Of a DNA stretch of 64,000 nucleotides, positions 49,213 through 58,650 are shown one piece after another. The number at the start of each line of letters is the position of its first letter. Position 1 is the first letter of the stretch. Location: contig CAXXLL010000002.1 of the NCBI GenBank assembly GCA_963662545.2, positions 1,920,001 through 1,984,000 on the forward strand, in the 5' to 3' direction. The notes under the pieces are model-generated. The model ran no database searches. It was not told where the DNA came from and saw only the letters and a list, made by a program, of their open reading frames with translations. The position numbers and the translations under genes were made by a program. This DNA is from Gammaproteobacteria bacterium (GTDB lineage: Bacteria; Pseudomonadota; Gammaproteobacteria; Ga0077536).

Positions 49213-49994
49213 TGGTCGCGAGCGCATTAACGATCGACAGGCGCGGGACGCCCCGGGGTAGCGTGATTTATGCGGCCCTGCAGGGTGTCACCGCTCTCAA
49301 CGTCGTAGACGCGGAGATTCTGACCCGCGCAGCGTCGGTACTCGCGGAGGCCCTACAGCAACCGGGGGTACGCTGCCTGGTATTGTCGGGACGCGACGAC
49401 CGGACTTTCATCGGCGGTGCCAATCTGCACGCGCTGCGTAACCTCGATCAGAATTCGGCCGAACCCTTTATTCGGTCGATTCACGATTTCTGCGCCGCGC
49501 TTCGCGGCGCACGGGTGCCCGTAATCGCCGCGATGCGAGGTTACTGTCTCGGCGCCGGACTCGAGATTGCAGCGGCTTGCGATATTCGCGTGGGTGATCG
49601 GTCCGTGCGTTGCGGAATGCCGGAAGTTCGAGTCGGCGTGCCATCGGTCGTCGAGGCCGCTTTGCTGCCGAACCTCATCGGTTGGGGCAAAGCCCGGGAA
49701 CTGCTTTTCCGCGGCAATATTATCGATGCCGAGGAAGCCAAGGCAGTCGGGCTGTTGCAACACCTCGTCGACCCCGAGATGCTGGACGAACGAGTCGACG
49801 ACATCGTGCAAGACATCATCGCCGGCGCTCCGGGGGCTATAGCTGCGCAAAAGCGCCTGCTGTCTAAATGGGAGGACAGTAGCCTTACACAGGCGATCGA
49901 ACTGGGCGTCGCCGCGCTCGTCGAGGCCTATGCCGGTGATGAGCCACAGGTTTATATCGATCGATTTTTCGAGGAACGCGGAAAACGCCGCTGA
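49209..49994 (+). CDS. Enoyl-CoA hydratase/isomerase
   Basis: FIGGANL, G.CLGAGLEIAAACD.R, GMPEV.VG. Confidence 0.9.
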   Translation: MVVASALTIDRRGTPRGSVIYAALQGVTALNVVDAEILTRAASVLAEALQQPGVRCLVLSGRDDRTFIGGANLHALRNLDQNSAEPFIRSIHDFCAALRGARVPVIAAMRGYCLGAGLEIAAACDIRVGDRSVRCGMPEVRVGVPSVVEAALLPNLIGWGKARELLFRGNIIDAEEAKAVGLLQHLVDPEMLDERVDDIVQDIIAGAPGAIAAQKRLLSKWEDSSLTQAIELGVAALVEAYAGDEPQVYIDRFFEERGKRR

Positions 49995-50060
49995 TCGCTC
50001 TGATGGCGCTGACGGAGCAGGGCGATCAACTACGTTATCTGCGACGATGCGCAATCGATA

Positions 50061-50329
50061 TTAGAACCTATCTCAAAATTATCCGCCTGTGCGTTGTGCG
50101 TGGGCGCGCGATGGTGAGGCGCAGTGCGCAGGGCTGAGTTCCGCTATGTACAAGCGCTGCAACGAAGCCAGCGCGCGCCCACGCGCAACCCGAGGCCTAA
50201 GGCGATTTTCACGCATTTCGGCGTTGCTCGTCGCTCATTTAGCTGATGCTTTGCCACGCTCCTCGCGCCTTGATACTCGGCGAAAATTGCTCCCGGCGCA
50301 CACGTGGATAATTTTGAGATAGGTTCTAA
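50061..50329. mobile_element. MITE family C with perfect 24-bp inverted ends
   Basis: TTAGAACCTATCTCAAAATTATCC ... GGATAATTTTGAGATAGGTTCTAA; no transposase ORF. Confidence 0.85.
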
Positions 50330-50352
50330 TAACAGGTTGCATGCCTCGCCTT

Positions 50353-51297
50353 TTAAACCCCCTGGTTCAAGCTCTCTAGATGCATTGTTACGCATTCGCT
50401 CAGACGTTCAAGATGATAGCCGCCTTCGAGCACGGATAGCAGTCGACCGCCCGCATACCTGTCGGCTACTTCCATGAGCCGATCGGACATCCAGCCGAAA
50501 AATTCCGTCGTTAGCCGTACATCAGCCAAGGGGTCGTCGCCATGTGCGTCGAACCCTGCGGAGACAATCACGCATTCAGGAGCAAACGCTTCCAGCCTGG
50601 GGATGATCTGCCCGACGAAAGCGCGCTCGTAATCGGCATCCGTCGCGCCCGCCGGCATCGGACAGTTGAGCGTCGCGCCCTGGCCGCGGCCGACGCCCGT
50701 CTCCGACGCCGCGCCTGTACCAGGATAATAAGGATACTGGTGCGTGCTCACGTACAGCACCGACGGATCGGCTTCAAAGCTGTGTTGGGTGCCGTTACCG
50801 TGGTGCACGTCAAAGTCGACGATGGCGATCTTGTCGAAATCGTGCCGGTTCTGCAGATATTTGGCCAGAATTGCGACGTTGTTGAACAGGCAGAAACCCA
50901 TGGCCGCCTCGCGCTCGGCATGATGTCCCGGCGGCCGTAGCAGGGCGAATCCGTTATCAATAACCCCTGCTACGACCGCATCGGCCAGAACCAGCGGTGC
51001 ACCCGCCGCTAGATAGGCAACGTCGCAAGATCCCTCCGAGATCGTTACATCGGCCGTATCCAGGAAAGGCGCGCCACTTTCGCATGCCTGTGCGGCCCGC
51101 TTGATGTAGGTCAAACTATGTACGGCTTCAATAAGCTCGACGTCCGCTGCTCGCGCCTCCAGGCGTTCAAGCGATCCGTACCAGGGTAACTTACCTAGCG
51201 TCGACATAACGGCGGTCATACGCGCGGGGCGTTCCGGATGCCCGGGTCCAGTGTCATGAGACAGAAATCGATCGTCGTATACGAATCCCGTTGTCAC
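50353..51297 (-). CDS. Histone deacetylase family (AcuC/AphA-like) Zn deacylase
   Basis: HPE.P.R, RPPGHHA, GFCLFNN, DFDVHHGNGTQ, SAGFDAH, LEGGY. Confidence 0.94.
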   Translation of the reverse strand: MTTGFVYDDRFLSHDTGPGHPERPARMTAVMSTLGKLPWYGSLERLEARAADVELIEAVHSLTYIKRAAQACESGAPFLDTADVTISEGSCDVAYLAAGAPLVLADAVVAGVIDNGFALLRPPGHHAEREAAMGFCLFNNVAILAKYLQNRHDFDKIAIVDFDVHHGNGTQHSFEADPSVLYVSTHQYPYYPGTGAASETGVGRGQGATLNCPMPAGATDADYERAFVGQIIPRLEAFAPECVIVSAGFDAHGDDPLADVRLTTEFFGWMSDRLMEVADRYAGGRLLSVLEGGYHLERLSECVTMHLESLNQGV

Positions 51298-51481
51298 ACT
51301 CGCTCCCAGTCACCGAGTTTGCGGACTATTCATTCGAGAATGCCCCGGGTGGGTGATGCTATCCCAAATCCGCGTAGGTGATCTCGCTGTAGTCAGTACC
51401 TACCACGCGACTGAGAAAATCTTCTCCCACGTGGATGCCCGGGAGTTCGCCGTGCATGATCGCAATCGAAGTCCGCGATCT

Positions 51482-52039
51482 ATGAAAACTCTGCCCGATT
51501 TCATCGAAGAACCGCTCGAAATCCTTTCTATAGGTATCAATCCGTCTTTGCACGCCGTTCAGGCCGGTTATCCATTCGCGTTCGAACGCAATCGTTTTTG
51601 GCCTGCGCTCAACGCCTCGCGTTTAATCGATAAGGAACTAACGCCGGGTGTTCACGCCATGCATATCCTGGCGCGCCGATATGGTATGGGTTTCACTGAC
51701 ATCGTCAAAAGACCGACACGCGGCATAAAAGACTTATGCGCCGCTGATTTCGCGCGCTGGGCACCCACTCTGCTCGAAAAAATTGATCGTTTCAAGCCAA
51801 TTATCCTATGGTTCCATGGAAAGATAGCCGCAAAGGAATTCCTGAAACGCGCCGTGCGATGCGATACGGTGCCGCAGTGGGGTTTGCAACCGTTTCGGAT
51901 CTGCCGGGCCGCTTGTTTCGTCTCGCCGAATCCCAGTCCGGCAAACGCGGCCTTTTCATTGGAGCACATCATAGGGAGCTACGACGAACTCGCCGATCTG
52001 CGCGATGAGACGACGATATCGCCCGGCCCGCCGCAGTAA
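51482..52039 (+). CDS. mug: Mismatch-specific (G/U) DNA glycosylase, MUG family
   Basis: GINPS, NRFW, G.TDIVKRPT, PNPSPANA. Confidence 0.85.
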   Translation: MKTLPDFIEEPLEILSIGINPSLHAVQAGYPFAFERNRFWPALNASRLIDKELTPGVHAMHILARRYGMGFTDIVKRPTRGIKDLCAADFARWAPTLLEKIDRFKPIILWFHGKIAAKEFLKRAVRCDTVPQWGLQPFRICRAACFVSPNPSPANAAFSLEHIIGSYDELADLRDETTISPGPPQ

Positions 52040-52206
52040 AAGCATGGTGAAAGTTGCGCCTTAGTCCGCCTATTGCACGATGGCGGCCGCGTCGTTCAGA
52101 GGAGTCGTCGAGCAAACAGCATTGATCACGCCATTCGACGATATTCAAGCAAAACGTAATGGGTACCGCCGTTTACGACCTTCGACGGCACCGCGCGGTG
52201 TAGCGC

Positions 52207-54429
52207 TCAGTGTATGCGAGTATCCGCGGCTTGGCTTGGTGTGGCGGGCACCATGCGCGGATCGGGCGTGCGCTTGGTGATCCCTTCGACATCCACCAGC
52301 CGCTTGTCCGGTGTCTGCGCTGCAATCCAATCGCGCAGAATCCGGCCGGCTTCCGAGAGAACTACGTCGAAATTATCGTCGTCTTCCTTCGTCGCTTCAT
52401 CGTCGGAGTCGTCGTCGCCAGGATTTTCAGGCAAGGGATCGAGCCCGCGAGCAAGCCTGATCTGGTTCTCACGCGCCCGCTGCTCGACTCGTGCCTTGTG
52501 ATACTCCTTACGGCGCTCTGCTTCCACCAGGGACAACTCCCTCTTCGCCCGCGCATCCTTGATCGCCCGTTCGGTGGCCAGCAGCGCCTGAAACGCGGGG
52601 TCTTGCAGAATGCGCTGCTCGTGAAGATCGCGTACGCCATTGAGGGTATCGCGGACGACCTTTATCGGCTTGTATTTTGCGGGGTCAATCGACGCCCACG
52701 GCAGTGCGTTATCGAGCGAGCGTTCACCATGGTCTTGCAGGCTGATGATCGTCGGCAGGACGATATCGGGCAGTACACCGCGGTGCTGCGTGCTGCCACC
52801 GTCGATGCGGAAGAATTGGGCAATGGTCGCTTTCAGTTGGCCAAGCTTGCCGTTCATCGATCGGTCGTAACGGTTTAGATCGACCAGGTTTTGCACCGTT
52901 CCCTTGCCGAAAGTCGGTTCGCCGATGATGATTCCGCGCCGATAATCCTGAATGGCGCCCGCAAAAATTTCCGACGCTGAGGCACTGTTGCGGTCGACCA
53001 GAACGAGTAAGGGACCATCGTAGGAGGTTCCCCGATCACGATCCCGCTCGACTTGAATGCGCCCTTGCGAATCGCGTACCTGCACGACCGGCCCACGATC
53101 GATAAACAGACCAGTGAGTTCAGTTGCCTCGCTCAGCGAACCGCCGCCGTTACCGCGCAAATCGACGACCAGCCCCGCGATATCCTGCTGTTTGAGGTCC
53201 TCGATGATCCTGCGGGCGTCGCGCGTGGTACTGCGATAATTCTTGTCGCCGGCGCTGCGCGCTTCGAAGTCCATATAAAACGTGGGGATGTCGATCACGC
53301 CGATCCGAATCTCACCGATGATATCCGGGAATTCGAGGGTTGAACCCTTGGCCGCTTGCTCCTCGAGTTTGATGGTGTTGCGGGTTATCGAGATGATGTC
53401 GGTAGGACCGTCGAGTCCTACACCCTTAGGCAGTATTTCCAGGCGGACGACCGAACTCTTGGGTCCGCGAATCAGGTCGACCACGTCATCCAGACGCCAC
53501 CCGACCACGCCGATCACAGGACCATCGCTGTCCTGCCCGATACCAACGATGCGGTCGTCGGCGTGGAGTTTGTCGCTCAGATCCGCAGGTCCTCCGGGGA
53601 CGATTTCGCGCACGAGAGTCAGCTCGTTTTCATTCTGTAAAACCGCACCGATCCCCTCGAGTGACAAGCTCATGCGGATCTTGAAGTTCTCCGAGGTACG
53701 CGGCGAAAAATAAGTCGTATGTGGATCGATGGCCGTGGTATACGCGTTGATCAAGGTCTGGAATACGTCCTCATTGTTAAGCTGGGCGGTGCGGCGAAAC
53801 AGACCTGTGTAGCGCTTGCGGAGCGTGTCGATGAGTTCTTCCGGATCTTTGTTCGCCAGACGCAGTGACAGCACATCGTTTTTAACGCGTTTACGCCAAA
53901 TTTCGTCAAGCTCGGCGCGATCGGCAGGCCAGAGCGCGTCTTTGCGATCGAAATTGATTTTTTCGTCCCGTTCGAAGTCGAAATTCATATCCAGAATTTG
54001 CACTGCGTACTCGACCCGCTGCTGAAGTCGTTCGCGGAACCGAATGAAAATATCAAACAGCGGATTGAGGCTGGAACTTCGGAGATAATCATCAACGCGC
54101 GTAGCGTGGCGCTCGAACTCATCGATATCGGATTGCATAAAATAACTGCGCATCGGATCCAGCGTGTCGATATAGCGCTCGAGAATGGCGGCTGAGAGAT
54201 CATCGTCCAAGACCGCATTCTTATAATGGTAGTTGGAGATTACATGCGTGATCAGCCGTGTCGCCCGTCGGTGTTCCGGCAGGGGTTTCAGATCTTCGAG
54301 CGGAACGATCGGTGCAGTTGCGCTCGCGGCCCCCAACCAAAAGGCAATGAAAACCACGAACAGGGCGTTGACTGATCGTGGCATGCACGTCTTCGTCACG
54401 TATGATCCGGATTGAATCGTTTCAAACAT
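52207..54429 (-). CDS. prc: Carboxy-terminal processing (tail-specific) protease
   Basis: DPHT.Y.SP, PDZ (LEGIGAVL), DLRGNGGG, SASASEI, GKGTVQ. Confidence 0.95.
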   Translation of the reverse strand: MFETIQSGSYVTKTCMPRSVNALFVVFIAFWLGAASATAPIVPLEDLKPLPEHRRATRLITHVISNYHYKNAVLDDDLSAAILERYIDTLDPMRSYFMQSDIDEFERHATRVDDYLRSSSLNPLFDIFIRFRERLQQRVEYAVQILDMNFDFERDEKINFDRKDALWPADRAELDEIWRKRVKNDVLSLRLANKDPEELIDTLRKRYTGLFRRTAQLNNEDVFQTLINAYTTAIDPHTTYFSPRTSENFKIRMSLSLEGIGAVLQNENELTLVREIVPGGPADLSDKLHADDRIVGIGQDSDGPVIGVVGWRLDDVVDLIRGPKSSVVRLEILPKGVGLDGPTDIISITRNTIKLEEQAAKGSTLEFPDIIGEIRIGVIDIPTFYMDFEARSAGDKNYRSTTRDARRIIEDLKQQDIAGLVVDLRGNGGGSLSEATELTGLFIDRGPVVQVRDSQGRIQVERDRDRGTSYDGPLLVLVDRNSASASEIFAGAIQDYRRGIIIGEPTFGKGTVQNLVDLNRYDRSMNGKLGQLKATIAQFFRIDGGSTQHRGVLPDIVLPTIISLQDHGERSLDNALPWASIDPAKYKPIKVVRDTLNGVRDLHEQRILQDPAFQALLATERAIKDARAKRELSLVEAERRKEYHKARVEQRARENQIRLARGLDPLPENPGDDDSDDEATKEDDDNFDVVLSEAGRILRDWIAAQTPDKRLVDVEGITKRTPDPRMVPATPSQAADTRIH

Positions 54430-54638
54430 TGTGTGGCTAGTGTAGCGTAAATCGCCTGGATTGAGTTTCCCGCCGGGCGACGCGTCATATTAACCCCTTT
54501 GGAACTTTACAATTCTTGACGATCGAAACCACTAGAAACGGAAATTCGCGGCCTCCTGAAATCTATTCGTTGCAAAGCGCGATCGTCGATCGCCGGCTGC
54601 TCGATCCATGATCAAGCCATCTTCTAATCACTGGCTCA

Positions 54639-55790
54639 ATGTTCGCCGCGGTGCCATTAATGCGTGAGATTCATGCCGATGAGCCATGGTTCATCAACAC
54701 CCTCGATGGCCTCGATGCGCTACGGGAACGGTTGACTACGGCGACCTTCATCGGCATTGACACGGAATTCGAACGTCGACGAACGTACTTCGCGGAGTTA
54801 TGCCTGGTGCAACTGGCCGTCGACGACGAGATGGTTTGTGTCGATCCAATAGCAATTGGAACGATCGCGCCGCTCGTCGAAGCGCTTGACGAATCCGCCA
54901 CCCCCAAAATTCTACATGCCGCCCGCCAGGATTTGGAAGTCCTAGCTCAGACAGGTGGCGCGTTGTTCGAACCGTTGCTCGATACGCAAATTGCCGCCGG
55001 CCTCGCCGGTTATTCCGAACAGATTGGATACGCTGACCTAACGGCCGAGCTGTTTGGAATCACGCTTGATAAGTCGCAAACGCGTACGGACTGGCGAAAG
55101 CGCCCGTTAAGTCCTGCGCAGATCGATTATGCAATCGACGATGTCCGCTACCTGAAACCGATTATGGAACGTTTGCAACCTCGCCTCATCGAGCTGGATC
55201 GACAAGCCTGGCTCGAAGAAGATTGTACGGCACTAACTCGACCTGAAATCTACGACGTTCCCGTCGAAGATGCGTGGCAACGGGTCAAGGGCATGGGGCA
55301 GCTCACGAACGACGTATTCGGCCGCGGTGTAGCGCTGGCCAGTTGGCGCGAAACGACGGCGCGTGAACGCAACCTGCCACGAAGGTGGATTATCAAGGAC
55401 AGTGAACTCGTCCGCATCGCTGCCAATCGACCGGCTAGCTTGCAGGATCTTCAGACGCAATGTGAACTGGGCCCGCCTGCCACGCGCCGTTACGGTGCTG
55501 AGCTGATCGCGATGGTCAATGCCCCGCTCGCTACCAGCGACATCTCGCGGCCGAGCATGCAGCAATACTCTGCCGTCGGGAAAAAGGCACTCAAATTGCT
55601 AGGCGCCCGGGTTGGCGAAATTGGACAGACACTCGGAATCGCGCCGTCGCTCATCATGACCCGCAAAGAAATGGAACGGATCGTCGGCGGTGAAATGCCC
55701 GCTCGCATCGCCAATGGCTGGCGAGGGGAAGTTGCGGGCGACGCGATCGCGGCAGTCCTCGAGATGACGCCCGGACTATCGCATGTGTGA
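54639..55790 (+). CDS. rnd: Ribonuclease D
   Basis: IDTEF.R..TY, HAARQDLE, DTQIAA, TDW..RPL...YA.DDV, HRDC region. Confidence 0.93.
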   Translation: MFAAVPLMREIHADEPWFINTLDGLDALRERLTTATFIGIDTEFERRRTYFAELCLVQLAVDDEMVCVDPIAIGTIAPLVEALDESATPKILHAARQDLEVLAQTGGALFEPLLDTQIAAGLAGYSEQIGYADLTAELFGITLDKSQTRTDWRKRPLSPAQIDYAIDDVRYLKPIMERLQPRLIELDRQAWLEEDCTALTRPEIYDVPVEDAWQRVKGMGQLTNDVFGRGVALASWRETTARERNLPRRWIIKDSELVRIAANRPASLQDLQTQCELGPPATRRYGAELIAMVNAPLATSDISRPSMQQYSAVGKKALKLLGARVGEIGQTLGIAPSLIMTRKEMERIVGGEMPARIANGWRGEVAGDAIAAVLEMTPGLSHV

Positions 55791-56772
55791 AGTAATACAC
55801 CATGTCAGGCGCCGCGCCGAAGGCGCTACGTCAGGATCGGCTCCGCGGCGCTCTCGATCAGGGCTGTCGGCGGCCGCTATTATGGTCGTTGCTCCCATGG
55901 CGGTATGGGGCATTGAGATCGCGCCGATTTTCAGTAATGACCCCATCGTGCCGGCATGGCTCGGGCAGATTGTGGCCGAAGTCGTTATTTCCGCAGAGTC
56001 GATCGAGTCTTATGGTGTCATATTCACCGACGTCGAACTTCCATTTTGGTTTGATCGAGGTGTGGTTTCATCCCAAGATTCGCGCGTGAAACTGGGTGAG
56101 GGCGATCTGAAACTGGCGTTTCGGCATGACCCTGACGGGATCACGGCGATAAGCGGACGAGGACGGGATATCCACCTCGGCCGAATCGAGGTCTTCAACG
56201 AATACATCGACGGCTTGCCGGTAGATATCGCGTTTGATCTCGAGGGCATGGGCGACAGTACGCGTGAGATCGCAGCGTCGGCCGCAGGACATTTAAAGCT
56301 GAGGAACACGGCCGGTGGCGCCATCAAAAAGTTCGCCGGCGCAAAACGAAATCCTCTTGGGAAATTGTTGGCCGCGTTAAATCCATTTCGAACCAAAAAC
56401 TCGGCGACGCCGGTTGAATGCCTCGCCATCGAACTGCACGTCACCAATGGTGTCGGCGAGTCCGAACATGGATTCGAGCTGCAAACCCAGCGCATCAATG
56501 TAGTCGGAGGTGGGCGGATCGATCTCACTGACGAAACCCTGCAGCTCGTATTCAAGCCGGAGGCGCGCCAGGGCGTTAATCTGAGCAGTCTGGCCGCGGG
56601 CGACGTCGTCACCCTGAAGGGGTCGCTGGCGAGCCCGGAGGTGAAGATCATGACCGGGCGTGTGCTGGAGAAAGCATTCTCCCTGGGCGCTACGGTCGCA
56701 ACCCTAGGGGGATTGGCATCGCATGCATCCTTGTGCGCGAACGACGTACAGCCGCAACCTGCGTTACCCTAA
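55783..56772 (+). CDS. Short AsmA-like protein (C-terminal-type region)
   Basis: LNPF, VECL, G.IDL..E.L.L...P, KGSLASP pattern typical of AsmA C-termini. Confidence 0.6.
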   Translation: MCEVIHHVRRRAEGATSGSAPRRSRSGLSAAAIMVVAPMAVWGIEIAPIFSNDPIVPAWLGQIVAEVVISAESIESYGVIFTDVELPFWFDRGVVSSQDSRVKLGEGDLKLAFRHDPDGITAISGRGRDIHLGRIEVFNEYIDGLPVDIAFDLEGMGDSTREIAASAAGHLKLRNTAGGAIKKFAGAKRNPLGKLLAALNPFRTKNSATPVECLAIELHVTNGVGESEHGFELQTQRINVVGGGRIDLTDETLQLVFKPEARQGVNLSSLAAGDVVTLKGSLASPEVKIMTGRVLEKAFSLGATVATLGGLASHASLCANDVQPQPALP

Positions 56773-56869
56773 GAATCCCGGACATCTGGCGCACCTGTCC
56801 TCAGCCGGCATCCGCCGTCCTTTATGCAACAGGCGGGATAGGGTGCCGGATGAGGTGTCGCCCCGGAAT

Positions 56870-57148
56870 TCAGAGGTAGTTCGAAAATTCCTTTTCGAAG
56901 TTCGCGAACGACATCTGTATGACGTTGATGTCGAAGCTCGGCAGGATGTCGGACTTGGCTTCCCGCTCGAGAAGAAACCTGAATGCGGTTTCGACGCATT
57001 CAACATGCGTGATCTTGCTGTCAGTCAGCCGGCGGTAGGTATCGTCATTCAGTGTGACACGATGTTGTGTTTCTCCTGCGGAGTCGGAGACCACTACGTT
57101 GAACACCATCGAATCCTGTTCGTCAGTCTTTTGTTCGACTGCAATCAT
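56870..57148 (-). CDS. Conserved small hypothetical protein
   Basis: T.HRVTL, F.FLLERE.K..IL.SFDI.VI...F motif. Confidence 0.65.
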   Translation of the reverse strand: MIAVEQKTDEQDSMVFNVVVSDSAGETQHRVTLNDDTYRRLTDSKITHVECVETAFRFLLEREAKSDILPSFDINVIQMSFANFEKEFSNYL

Positions 57149-57299
57149 AGCGCGCGATTCCAGATTCCGATGGTTTAGAGTTTAACAGGATGGCAAAAAA
57201 ATGTGTGCCCATCATAATTAACCCTGCGACTTACGAGAACGCCCGACCCGGCGCGCGCCATCCATCATGAGCCCGGGCGTCGTGGCAGTTCGCCGCATG

Positions 57300-58001
57300 T
57301 CATTTGAGCACGTCGAGGAGTTCAATCTCGAACACGAGAGTCTCGTTGGGCCCGATCGCCGAACCCGCGCCGTTGATGCCGTAGGCCAGGTCTGGCGGAA
57401 TCGTGACCAACCACCGCGACCCTACCCGCATCAGCGGTAGGACTTCGCGCCATCCGCGGATCACTCCGTCGAGTCCGAAAGTGGTAGGTTCACCCCGCTT
57501 CTTCGAATTGTCGAATTCGCGCCCGTCGATCAATGCGCCGGAATAATGAACTGTGACCTTGTCCTTCGGCAATGGCTGGGCGCCGTCACCCTTACGCAGG
57601 ACCTCGTACTGAATACCGTTAGCCATGGTCGTAACGCCCTCTTTGGTCTTGTTTGTGGCCATGTATTTCTTCCCTTTCTGGAGATTCTGCCCAGCCAGTT
57701 CGTGCTTGAGTTCGCCCGCTTTTTGCGACTCCTTGCGCAAAGCCGCGGACATTTCCTCGGCGGGCAGTCTCGGTTGCGCCCCGTCAAGAGCGTCGCGCAT
57801 CGCCATGTATACGGCGTCTGGATCCAGGGGCGCACCCTGGCGCATTAGGCTTTGGGCAAAATTGATTCCAATTGCATAACTGTATTTTTCGGCGTCCGTT
57901 TCTAAAGACGTACCCACCGCCAACGTATCGGCGACCATCAACGCGAAACTGAAATAAAGCAGATATTTTCTCATGGCCATTCCTTCACATATTTTACCCA
58001 T
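57300..58001 (-). CDS. FKBP-type peptidyl-prolyl isomerase (Mip/FklB-like)
   Basis: SYAIG, VHYSG.LIDG.EFD, VI.GW.E, IPPDLAYG, LVFEIELL. Confidence 0.94.
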   Translation of the reverse strand: MGKICEGMAMRKYLLYFSFALMVADTLAVGTSLETDAEKYSYAIGINFAQSLMRQGAPLDPDAVYMAMRDALDGAQPRLPAEEMSAALRKESQKAGELKHELAGQNLQKGKKYMATNKTKEGVTTMANGIQYEVLRKGDGAQPLPKDKVTVHYSGALIDGREFDNSKKRGEPTTFGLDGVIRGWREVLPLMRVGSRWLVTIPPDLAYGINGAGSAIGPNETLVFEIELLDVLK

Positions 58002-58012
58002 TTATTTTCTTC

Positions 58013-58650
58013 TCAGAGCGCGCCCAGCGCTTGAAGTTTGTCCCGTATGCGTTGCGCGAGATCGCGATATCCCGCCGCATTCGGATGCACGGCGTCTGCC
58101 TTGAGACCGTTGTCACCAAGTATTTCTGCGAGCGCATCGGCTTCGATCGGGACGCTCAGAGCTTGCGCCAATTCGACATAGAATTCGGCGGGACGCAACC
58201 AAAGACCGGGTTTAGGCACACCTAGCAACAGCACGGAAATGCCACGTTCGCGCGCCATCAAGATCATCTGCTCAAGGTTGTCACGCGCCAGATTCAGTCA
58301 AGGTTGTCACGCGCCAGATTCAAACCCTTCTTGCGAAGCATATCGTTGGCGCCGTGGCATAGTATGATCAACTTTGGTTTTACCGCGTCTAGCACGCCGC
58401 CCAGGCGGGCCAGACCCGCCGCAGATAACTCTCCCGGTAGGCCGGCGTTGACGACCTCGCGCCCGATCAGATTGGCGAGCAGGGCAGGATAGCTGTTTTC
58501 GGCATTCGCACCGGTGCCCCGGGTCAGACTGTTACCAAAGGCGAGAATGACGGCGTCGGCGTCCAAGCGTGGCAGGCTTAAGTCTTCGCCCGAGCAGCCG
58601 CCGAGTACGATTAGCGCCGGCAGCAAACCGTAAAGAATAAGTCGATTCAT
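58013..58650 (-). pseudogene. Lipoprotein arylesterase (SGNH/GDSL), frameshifted by a 26-bp tandem duplication
   Basis: Lipobox LGGC, FGNSLT, NAG..GE, HGAND in 5' part; DAVHPNAAGY in 3' part; removing one repeat copy restores the frame. Confidence 0.85.
58272..58322. repeat. Tandem direct repeat, period 26 bp
   Basis: TCAAGGTTGTCACGCGCCAGATTCA at 58272-58296 and 58298-58322. Confidence 0.92.
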
